Source: Coniocarpon cinnabarinum
Taxonomy: Eukaryota
DNA: 57,141 bases
NCBI GenBank assembly: GCA_051942205.1
Contig: JAVECO010000155.1
Coordinates: forward strand, 1-57,141
Reading direction: 5' to 3'
Part shown: positions 35,667-46,684 of the stretch, one piece after another
Numbering within the stretch: position 1 is the first letter of the stretch
Layout of the letters: each line of letters opens with the position of its first letter
Translations under genes and position numbers: made by a program
The notes under the pieces: generated by a model
The model's database searches: none
What the model saw: the letters and a program-made list of their open reading frames with translations, nothing else
Told to the model about the DNA's origin: nothing

Positions 35667-36856
35667 ATGTTGACAACCTCACCATCCCCACACCTTCATC
35701 CGGCGTCAAGGTATCCAGCACCAAACAAGTCGCCGTATTCATTTCGCCAACCGAGTAGGGTAGCGACCTCTTCCTCGTCTCCCCAAACCGCCTCTAAGAC
35801 ACTACGTGAGTTTCGAAGCTCGGCGTCGTCTTCCCCTGGCGCGAGCAGGGATCCAGTTCCTCCTGGCTATCGATCTCCGAAGAGACCGACCCGTGACATT
35901 GGAACCCAGTACACCCCACCAGCGCCTCCATCCACTGAACATCCATCCATTATCAACGCACCGGCCAAGTCAGAGCCCGGACATCCCGTTGTTGGAGATA
36001 CGCAGGCCATCATAGCTGATTCTCAGAGCTTATCGGCTACTTCTGCAGCATCAGCCTGCCCTCCAGAAACCCCGCCAGCACCGCAGGTCCGGGAGACGCC
36101 TCGATCCACGCTGACAATCTCCAAGGCCCAGAACAGCAGGCCGGTCGCGTCTTCCGCATCCAGCACCACACACGCTTCACCAAAGAAACGCAAGAAGACA
36201 GGAGAGGAGGTCAAAGTCTTGCCCAGTGACTATGCCCAATGTGAGCCAAAGACACTTGCCGTGCTCATAGCTAGTCTGATCATGGACTTGATTGGTCACA
36301 ACGACAATATTCAGCTCGAGGAGGTGCATTTGACAAGATTTCACTCCAGGTATGCGGGGCATTCGGGAATCTCCAAGTCACGATTTTTTGATTGCTAATG
36401 ATAAGTAGAACACCACCAGGCATTTCGGTTCATGATTACATGCAGCGTCTTACGTTCCATGCCACTCTTCCTACACCAGTTCTGCTGGCAATGGTGAATT
36501 ACATTGATAAGCTCTGCGAAGCCTTCTCTATTTTCACGATTAACAGCTTGACTGTCCACCGATTCTTAATCGCGGCCGCGACCGTGGCAGCGAAAGGTCT
36601 TTGCGATGTCTTCTGGACGAACAGCACCTATGCGAAGGTCGGTGGAGTGTCCAAGAAGGAACTTGCAATACTAGAGCTGGAGCTACTTTCCAAGATAGAA
36701 TGGCGCATTGTTCCAAATCCTGAGAAATTGGGCGAATATTACAAGAGTCTGGTCGACAATCATCCTAGTTACATCTTAAGTGGTCCCAATTCAAGCGGGA
36801 CGCCTTCCTCGCAATCCTCTGACTCCATTGGTACGGACACTATGAACACTGATTGA
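35667..36856 (+). CDS. PHO80: Pho80/PREG-type cyclin; intron 36350..36408
   Basis: LTRFHSR|TPPGISVHDY, INSLTVHRFLIAAATVAAKGLCD and YAKVGGV...LELELL. Confidence 0.9.
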
Positions 36857-37537
36857 AGACTTCTGTAGTTCAATGCATTTAGCACATGTCGACTTCTTCG
36901 CTGCATTAGGAAAGCTCTGCAGGGACTTGGCTACACCAGCAGTCACCATCTCACTCTTCTAGCACTGCAGATCCCCATCCCAGGGTCGTCGGGCCGATCT
37001 GGAACGATTCAGAGAATTTGGCCCTTCGAGAACAAGCGAAATGACTGAACAACATGCATTTCTTTTTTCGCAACGGGTAGTGATCTTCATGACGCCAGAG
37101 CAATGCATAGTCCATAGTCCGGCATGGCCCAATCGTTGACCTCTGCGAAGAGCCTCTACCATGCGTGGTTCAAGTCGTCGAAGCTGTCAAAGTATTAGGA
37201 AAAGCGCCTAGCCACCCGCTTACCGCAGGAGCATACGTTGGCAAGCGCTTTCACTAGACTGTTGCATTTTCTGATATGTCTCAGAGCTGGCTCAAGAACT
37301 AACTAAACCATGGAACACACAGCACAGGCTCCGGCCACAAGGCTAACGCTTTCTTCCTTCTCAGCTGGAAATGATTCCACAAAGCGCTTGCTCTGTTTGC
37401 TGAGCTGGACTCAAGGCACTTGAAAACAGAAACATGTCGCGTGTCTTTCTTTGTCCAAGACAAGGATATGAATGCCGCCTTACATTGGATTTGTGAGGGA
37501 GGTGCAGCGCTACCAAATGGGATGAAACTTCTTCATT

Positions 37538-38787
37538 TCAGGACGATGCGAACTGCTGCTTGTTGAAATTGTCGACGATCTCGCGGGCGATTTGCACGAT
37601 TTGCAGGCATCCTGGCGAATCGCTATGGCAGCACAGAGAAACTTCCTTCCCCTGGATGGGAAGATCGATGTCGTTCCCGTCAACTTTCACCTTGGAATGC
37701 TCCACCTGGCTATAAATATGCTCCCGACACTCCTCATTTGACCATGCCCTGTGCAAGCGCAACGTCAATGTATGATTGCGATAGGTCTGCAATTGTCGAC
37801 TCACTTTTTCTTGCGGTCAATCATCAACGTACTGTCGCTGTTGTACTTCACATCCCCATACCTAGACAAATCAGCACTCGAAAGGTTCAAATTTTCTCAG
37901 ATGAATGTACAGCTCCGCGACAAACGGCAAGCCCAACTCTCCTGCCACCTCTTCATGAATCGTGCCAGCCAGTCCGAACACCTTGACGTCTTTTGGGATA
38001 CCGGCGTAAACCGCTCGGCACACCTCACGTTCTACCAGCTGTTATCAGCTCGCACTTCAGATTGCATCAGCCGAGTACCTGCCTCGATACATCATGCCAT
38101 ATCTAAACTGGCCTTAGCATTTGTTTCAAGCATGAGATCATTCATCCTTACACTGGAGGCGAGGGTCAGCATGGCATCTTCTCACATGGCGCTGCTGAAA
38201 TATCACACTCACAAGCGCCGTGCGGCTTTACGTGATGCAGCTGCATGCCCTCGGCGTCGAGAAATGCTCGTAGGGCTCCGACCTGATAGCGTGTGATTGC
38301 AGTGAGCTCTTCCGGCGACAATCGCATTTCCCTGCGATGCCATGTAAGTTGGGAGTAGGCACTTGGTTCAACTTGCGCTCCACACTGACCTTCGCCCAAA
38401 TCCCTGGAGGTCCGGCAACCCAGGGTGGGCGCCAACGAGGATTCGGTGCTCTTTGCAGGCTCGAACAGTCTCCTGCACTGCTGCAGTCAGCGCGGCGGTC
38501 GTTGATTTGAATGCATGGGCCTTTACTGATGAGAGGGTCTCCAGCGTGGTAGCCACAGGCGATCTGGGAAGCCAGTCAACAGCGCGACGCCTGTGCAAGG
38601 CGACCACGCGGTGTGCTCACATTGGCATGATCGATCATTGGTATGAGCTCATCGTCAGGCCCGCACTTGAGATTACCGTATCTGGATGACCCAGAGGCTC
38701 AGCTGCGCTTCCGTGTCTGCGCACGCTCTTGCATGCATACCCTTCGCCGAGGTCGACGTTGATTTTCACTGGCGTGCGTGCTTGCAT
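37538..38787 (-). CDS. lamB: LamB/YcsF (PxpA-like) lactam-utilisation protein, ~9 introns
   Basis: Spliced product: [68 protein letters not shown]. Confidence 0.92.
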
Positions 38788-39089
38788 GGTTGTCTGCTGA
38801 CCTGACGTTTTCGCCTCCTATGACTGGCGCAAAGAGGCGGCAGCGAGGGAGTTGTCGCTGTGAGGTAAGTATAGTGCGAGCAAGGCGACCCGGAAGCAGG
38901 GCCAGACAGAGATGCCTGCCTGGCTCCCAGTTCGTCACTTGTCACGAGGAGGCCGAAGCTGCCTATGTAGGTTTGGAGCTCCCGTGTGCGTGGTGAGGGG
39001 TCATCGAACCCATCTTTCCCCCGCAAGCTTGTGCAATATGCCCTGCGTCAACATCATGCCTGGCCTGCCGGTATTGCAGTAACGGAAGA

Positions 39090-42000
39090 ATGAAGCACAT
39101 CAAGGCAGTCCTTGTCGCCAACAGAGGCGAGATCGCCGTGAGTCACCGCACACACCCTCTGTCTGTCCCATCGCTCGCTGACGTATGGTGATCCCGAGGT
39201 TCGCATCATCCGCACCGCAAAATCTCTTGGCCTTAGAACTATATCAATATATTCTCCAGCAGACGCTGGGTCCGAGCATGTGCGTGTTGCTGAAGAGGCG
39301 GCTTGTCTTCCGAGCAACGACAGTTATACCGACCCACATGCCATCATCGACGTGGCCACGTCTAGAGAAGCCGACGCTGTGATCCCTGGCTATGGCTTCC
39401 TTTCCGAGAATGCCGAATTTGCTCGTGCCGTCTCAAGCGCGGGAATGCGATGGTGTCAGTAGACAACACCTTTTTTACTTCTGGGCGTGATTTACGAAAC
39501 TCTGGTCGAACACGAAAGCCACGTCTCAACAGTTCCCCTCTGTGCTTCGCATTGCAAAAGTCGCGAACAGCGGTAGAACCGGCGTCTCAGCGCAAACAAA
39601 AGATTCAGGAGCGTAGGAAGTGCTCGTAGTCATACGCACATGCAAAAATCGTGTCGAGATTTTCTTGAAAGGTGCCGAAAAATGATCAGACGGTCGAGTA
39701 GTCGCAGTGAAGCATTTTCTCGGCAAGAAGTCTTCAGAAGGCCTGCTCTTCCCGAATCATTGTCATCGTACGCTGACTTTCAAACCCCCAGGTGGCCCAC
39801 CACCAAGTGTTATCGAGTCCTTTGGAATCAAGCACGTTGCAAGAAGTCTCGCCGAGAAAGCCAATGTGCCCACTGTACCGGGGACAAAGGACCTCGTGGC
39901 AGATTCATCCATGGCGGTGAAGGAGGCGGACAAGCTTGGTTATCCAGTCATATTAAAAAGCACTGCAGGGGGAGGGGGGCTTGGTCTTGTTGCATGTAAC
40001 AATGCTGATGAGGTCCGCAAGGGTTTCGAGACCGCGACAAGTAGAGGCAAGACGCTTTTCAAGCATTCCGGCGTCTTTATTGAAAAATATTATCCGCGTT
40101 CCCGCCATGTAGAGATCCAGATTTTTGGCAACGGAAATAAGGTCATTGCTTTTGGTGAGAGGGAATGCTCTTTGCAACGAAGACACCAAAAGATCATTGA
40201 GGAATGCCCAAGTCCTTTTGTGGCGAGATACCAAGGACTGCGCGAAGCCATTGCAGCTGGAGCTATATCGCTTGCAGAGTCGGTTCAGTATGCGTCCGCG
40301 GGCACCGTTGAGTTCCTTGTCGACAACGAATCGGGCGGTCAGTCGTTGCTATCATAGCAGACAGCTGCAGTGCGGTCAGAGGTTGACTTTATACCCAGGT
40401 GTCTTCTTCCTCGAAATGAACACACGATTGCAAGTGGAACATGGCATCACCGAACTGTGCTATGGCGTTGACCTTGTCAACCTCATGTTGCAGCAAGCGG
40501 ATGAGCCGTTGGCAAATGACTTCCTTCAGTCCGTTCAAGCTGCACACAGCACCCCTGTTGGTCACGCCATAGAGGCTCGACTATACGCCGAAAACCCAAT
40601 CCGTAACTACACACCTTCTCCGGGTCTTCTGACGAACGTCAACTGGCCTGACGGAGCCCGCGTTGACACGTGGGTTTCTACTGGCACAAGGATCTCTTCC
40701 CTTTACGATCCGCTCATAGCTAAGGTTATGTGTCATCGAGAATCCAGGGAGGCTGCACTGGGCAATTTACAGGAGTACCTCGCTGGCTCGACCATTGATG
40801 GCCCTCCCAACAACAAAGATTTGCTCGTAGCCATTCTTCAAGATGATGAGATCAGGAAAGGCAACACATTGACATCGTTTGTGGAAAGCTTTAATTTTGT
40901 TCCTTGCGCGATCGATGTGATATCCGGAGGGTCACATACGCTCATACAGGGTGAGTCACTGTTTCTAGATCCCCAGTATCCTAGAGACGTGTGCGTTGAC
41001 AGACAGCATCCAGATCTCCCTGCTCGACCGCATGTTGGACGGGGCATTCCGCAGTCTGGGCCTATGGACCCTGTGGCTTTGCAAATTGCTAATGCACTGG
41101 TTGGAAACCCTTTGGGTACAGAGGCCTTGGAATGCACCTTAACTGGGCCCGATCTGCGCTTTCTCGGATCCGCTATCATTGCACTCACTGGAGCACACAT
41201 GAAGACAACACTGGATGGCAGGGACCTCCCGCTCTGGCAGCAAGTTCGTGTCAAACAAGGCCAGAGACTCAAGATTGGCAAAGTCACATCAGAAGGCTGT
41301 CGCTCATATCTTGCTGTATTCGGTGGCTTCCCAAACGTGGCCAAGTACTTTGGCTCAAAATCTACATCACCCCTGGTCGCCCTTGGAGGGTATCAAGGCC
41401 GAGCTCTGGCCGCCGGTGATATGCTTTCAATCACCAAAGACAGTCAGTCTACCAAGGTTGAGGAGTCTACCACGATCCCTCAACGTCTCAGACCGCAGTA
41501 CACTAATGGATGGGACATTCTTGCGATGCCTGGTCCGCGTAAGTGCTGAGCAAGACGCGAGAGCTTATTTTCGGACAAGTCACTGATTTTATACGTTCAT
41601 AGATGATGTTGGATATCTTACTGATGAGGACATCCAAATCTTCTACAACACTGTGTGGAAAGTGTCGCACAACGCTGCCCGCAGCGGTATCCGCCTTGTT
41701 GGTCCTGTACCCAATTGGGCGCGCTCAGATGGCGGCGAAGGGGGCGCGCACCCTTCCAATGTAATCGAGTACGGCTACAGCGTAGGAAGCTTGAATTGGA
41801 CAGGAGATGACCCGTGTTGGTTTCCCGTGGATGGCCCTAACTTTGGGGGCTTCATCTCTAGCACTACCGTCCCCAAGGCGGACTGGACAAAGCTGGGGCA
41901 GCTCAAAGCGGGCGACACTCTCAGATGTCATCGCTGCACGCTTGACGAGGCTCTCGAGGCTCGCACCATGATTGACAATTACGTTGATGGCATCGCCGAG

Positions 42001-43602
42001 GCCGTACTTGATTCCTCTGACTTCTCTTCAGTTCAGCTTCCATCCACTCTGTCTGCAGTGAAGATCACCCACTCCGCCCAAGACACGAGCTCGGTCCTCG
42101 CCTCCATTCCCGAATCCCAAAAGCACAGTCAGCCTCTCGTGGTCTACCGCCAGTGTGGGGATGGCAATCTCCTCATCGACTATGGCCACGGCTCCTTCGA
42201 CCTCAACTACCGCATTCGCGTCAGTGCCCTGGAAAATGCTCTCCTCGGCCGTCAGACTGCATATGCATCCCAAGGACCCGGGAAAACCTCAGACGAACCA
42301 TCCCCCACCAATGCCTCCACGACCGTTGACGAGATCACGCCATATATCATCATCACAGTTGGCGCATGCAACTCCCTACTCGTTTCTTTCGACCCCCTCA
42401 AGCTACCTCGACAAAGACTCCTGGATTGTGTCATGAAGCTCGAAAGTACGGCGCTTGGAGATCTCTCCACAGTTGAGATGCCTACACGCCTCTTCCACCT
42501 ACCCATTGCATTCGAGAGCAAAGAACAGGCTGAAGCGACCAGGAGATATATGCAAACGCAGCGGCCTCATGCACCGTATTTACCTGACAATCTGGGGTTT
42601 GTTGCGAGGAACAATGCCTTTTCGCCCGAGCATCTTAAGGAAATCTTCACGAAGGACCTCTTCATGGCTGTAGTTGTTGGCTTCTACTCTGGCAATACGG
42701 TCAGCCTCCCTGTCGATCCCCGGCAGCGTATGAGCAGTCCCAAGACCAATCCAAGTCGGGTGTATACGCCTGCGGGAACTGTAGGATGGGGCGGTGGGTG
42801 TTTCTCAATCTACCCAGTGGACTCCCCCGGAGGCTATCAAATGCTGGGCCGCACCGTCCCGACATTCGACGCCTTTGGGCGAAAACCAGGCTTCTCACCC
42901 GGTCCCGAGGACGAGGGACAACAGGGTTGCGCAGGAAAGAACATGGCAGCCAGGACTGATGAAGCAATCCGCCCGTGGCTGTTTGATCCCATAGACACAA
43001 TTCGCTTCTACGAAGTAACGCCCGAGGATCTAGACATCGATCTGGAAAAGTTCAACGCGGGTCTGTACAAGTACGAGGTAGAGACCACGACGTTCAGTAT
43101 GAAGGAGCATAACGAGCTTCTTCAAAGCACGGCAGCGGAGGTGGTGGAAATTAGGAGAAAGCAGCGAGATGCGCAAGCCGAGATGATCAGGGCTGAAGAG
43201 GAATCTCTGCACAAGTGGCGGGAGCAGAACGACAAGGAAAAACCGAATCTGGATGAAGTTGCCAAGGTGCTTGCAGAAGACGGCGTCGTCAGTGTCGAGG
43301 CGCCAGTGGACGCGAATGTATGGCAAGTTCGTGTGCGAGAAGCGAAGTCGGACACGGTCCATGACTCGGATGAAGATGAAGAGGACGAGATGTTAAAGAA
43401 GACCGAGGTAAGGGCCGGTGACGACTTGGTAGTGCTAGAAGCGATGAAGTTGGAGGTCGAGGTCAAGTACGGCGTCGATGCCCAAGGAGAGAGCAGCGAC
43501 AGCAGCAAAGCTCCGCCAGCCAAGATTGAGAAGGTGCTCGTCAAGAGCGGAGAGACTGTCAAGGCGGGACAGAGGTTGTGTCTATTGCGGATGGTGGACT
43601 GA
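39090..43602 (+). CDS. lamA: Urea carboxylase-like protein (biotin carboxylase + carboxyltransferase/allophanate-hydrolase subdomains + biotinyl domain), multi-exon
   Basis: VLVANRGEIA, PGYGFLSEN, GGGGLG, RECSLQRRHQK, EMNTRLQVEH, DGGEGGAHPSN, SPGGYQ and EAMKL (biotin Lys). Divergent from lamB. Confidence 0.9.
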
Positions 43603-43938
43603 GCTATCCTTGTCTCGCAGGTCCCTGCAACGAGAGCAGTTGACAAGACAACAGCATACTCACTGAACTTCACAGGAGCTATAAATGCAAACCATCCTAG
43701 CACTTCCATGAAGCACTTTCTCTATGTAATGGAAGGAGCCAAGAAAGTTGTTCTGGCGAATCGCGAAGCCGTCAGTCTCGCACACTTTGGCAATCAATCC
43801 ACGATGCAGCATACGTGCAGAAATCGTTTGCTAGATTGCCGATGCCTGGGTTTCCTCCATCCAGGGCCGATGCGGTACGCCGAGAAGTGCCCATATGCTG
43901 CGTGAAACATGCTTTGTTCGTGGTGAAAGTAGCACCCA

Positions 43939-45859
43939 TCACAGCTTCGCCTCCAGGAGTCGATCGACGCCACCCGTGATGTCGCTCTTCTTGACCATCC
44001 GCCCTCTGCGCATCAACTCAGAGCTCTTGACCATTATCGGATCCTTCATCATAGAGGCCACTGCAATAACCTCCTCTCCTTTGCAGTAGAATGCAGCCCA
44101 ACTCACCCCTTTGCTGACATCTGTTTCGCCCTGAATAATGACATCGTCATAGCCACCACTAGGAGTCGTATTCCCGCAGTATCTCAACTGTGCTCCAAGG
44201 GCAGACCAGAACACAGGCACAAAGGGCTTGATGCCTTTCGTGCCCGCAATGTGCTTCGCTGCGGTACGTCCTGCATTCTGGGCGACGTTCCAGTGCTCGA
44301 TACGCACCTTGGCGCCCTTGTAGGGGTAAGTCGCGATGTCACCAACCGCATACACGTCTGACACGTCTTTCACCTCAAAGTACTCATTAGTCTCCACGCT
44401 ACCGTCTTTGAGCAGGCTCGGTCCGCCCTTGGATCCTTGAAGATAAGTTGTAGCTGGGGCAACACCAACCCCCAGAATCACCACATCCGCTGGTAGCGTC
44501 GCACCGTCTTTGAGATGTACTGCACCAGCAGACGAAGGGTTCGAGGACGCTGGTGTCGCTTTATCTACCGTTGCAGACATTTGGAACTTGACGCCATTCT
44601 TCTCGAGAAGTGCACGGAAGATGGAGCCAACCTTGGTGCCGAACACGGCTTCACATGGCTCTTGCTGGAGATCTTCAGTCAGCGAGAGCACTCACAACCA
44701 CATCTCAAAACGAAGCACTGTGCCTACCTCCATGCCAATGACAGTAACGTCATGCTTTTTGCCTGCGAGGCAATTGGCACTTTCCATGCCAATGAAGCTG
44801 CTGCCAACAATGACAACCTTCTTCGACTGCTCGCCTAAGGCAGACATAATAGCATTAGTATGGTCAAGATTTCGCACAACATAAACGTTTTGAAGCTCGC
44901 CTGCCCTCAGACCCGGCAGTGGCAAATATTTCGGTGTACCACCGGATGCCAAGATGAGCTTGGTATATGCCTCTGACGAGCCGGATTCGGTATGAACGGT
45001 CTTGTCCGCGAAGTCAATCGAGGTGACCGAGTCGTGGTTGACATTGATCGAGGCGTCTTTGTAGAATTCGGGGGCGTACCAACGAACCGCAGCAGGGTCA
45101 GTGATGTACGCTTTGCTGAGCTTTGTGCCTGACGATTTGTCAACCAGACAGGAAGAGGTGCCTCGCGGCATGCAATCTTACGGTCGTATAGAGCATTACT
45201 TTCGTCACCTAAAACAGTGACGGTGCCTGTAAAGCCCTGTTTCCGCAGTTCAAGAACAGCACCCGTGGCGGCACTGCCCCCTCCCACCACTACCACCTTT
45301 TCTTGCTGTGATGGGTTTGCACATGAAGTTTTGAGAGCTGCCCGACTGTTCTTGATGGTCTTTTCGTCGCCTTCTATAAACACTGCACCGTCCCTCTCAT
45401 GGATGGGGAATTTCGCGATAGGGTCAAGAGCGGGGGCATCCTCGACATCACCCGAAGAAACATTAAAACAGGCTGGTACGAGAGCTTTAGCATCGAGACC
45501 ACCACGGCAGAAAGCCCGCCATTTCACTCACCTCCATGCCATGGGCACGTCAGGCGCCCATCACTTGACAGGACGCCATTTTTGAGAGGGGCGCCGTAAT
45601 GCGTGCATTTCGGACTGACAGCGTGCGTCTTGCCCTGTGAGTTGAGGAGCAGAACCGCGCCACCCTCGATGCCCTCGACTTCAGCCTCCTGCATTTGGCC
45701 CTCGGCAACAGGGAGGCCTGTGAGACCCTTCAATCGATACTGCTGCGTGCCCATGGCTGTCTTTGTGGTAACGAAGCAACGCTCGGTGAGATGATGTGAT
45801 CTGAGGTGAGAGGTTGCAAGGCGGGGTCGACAACCTTTGAGACAGCAGAGGAGGCGCAT
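43939..45859 (-). CDS. AIF-like (AIFM3/Nfrl) Rieske-FAD oxidoreductase, 3 introns
   Basis: Rieske CTHYGAPL...CPWHG, VVVGGG, VIVGSSFIGME, VYAVGDIA, RIEHWNVA and PVFWSALG. Ends in -AKL. Confidence 0.92.
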
Positions 45860-46684
45860 AGAAGGGGACCGCGATGCTCTTGCAGGTAGAAGGTCAATCG
45901 CATTCAGGAGGGTCCCGAATGTCCACGTACAAGGCGCGTTGCACTGATGAAGTCATGATCGGGTAGCAGATCGCGAAGCCGCCAAAAGCCCCACCAGCCT
46001 ATCACAGCGCACATTTTATTAAGTACTTCCTCGTCACCCATTCACGCCCTCGGACTGTGGGATGACCACCTGCACGTCTTACCCACACACCACGGGCTCC
46101 ACGAGCCTGAAGCAGGGAAAGCAAGGGCAGCACGGTTAGGATAGCAGCAGGGTCTGGGCAGGGTGTCAGAAGGCGTGAGGTCACCTTAGACGTACGAGAT
46201 ATCAAGGAGTGCTGCCAACGTAGAGCCTATGTCATGGCGAGTAAGGACTGCTTTGGAGCAGACTGGTTGATTAAGCACCATCTTCACCTATGTGAGAGCC
46301 TCTAGAGGTATAGCCAAGACCAAGCCTTCTCCCATCTACAGAGCCATCACACCCACTCAAACACCTACGCACTCAGACTATCGAGCTGGAGCCAGGCGAA
46401 CCCTAACACGGCGAAAGCTGTCACTCGAACAAGTCCTCCTTCCCGACCTCCAACTTTGTGTTCGTCCTCCTGCTTCCAGCTTCGATGGCTTTTCCCGCCC
46501 ACAGCACCCAAACACAGCACCCAAACTCCGTCGCTAATGCTCGGGAAACAAGTGAACATGCGACGCAGACACTGTGTCTGCGTCCAGAAGTAGACGTCGC
46601 CCTAGCTCCTGAAAAGACAAGCCATTGCCAGTCTGCCTACCATTGGAATGTATGCTTTGCCGACGCGACCTGTGATCCGCATTC

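Noticed and set aside
39455..39791. Unusually long (337-nt) lamA intron as a possible snoRNA host
   Set aside because: No convincing C/D or H/ACA box arrangement seen by eye; an Infernal/Rfam scan would settle it.
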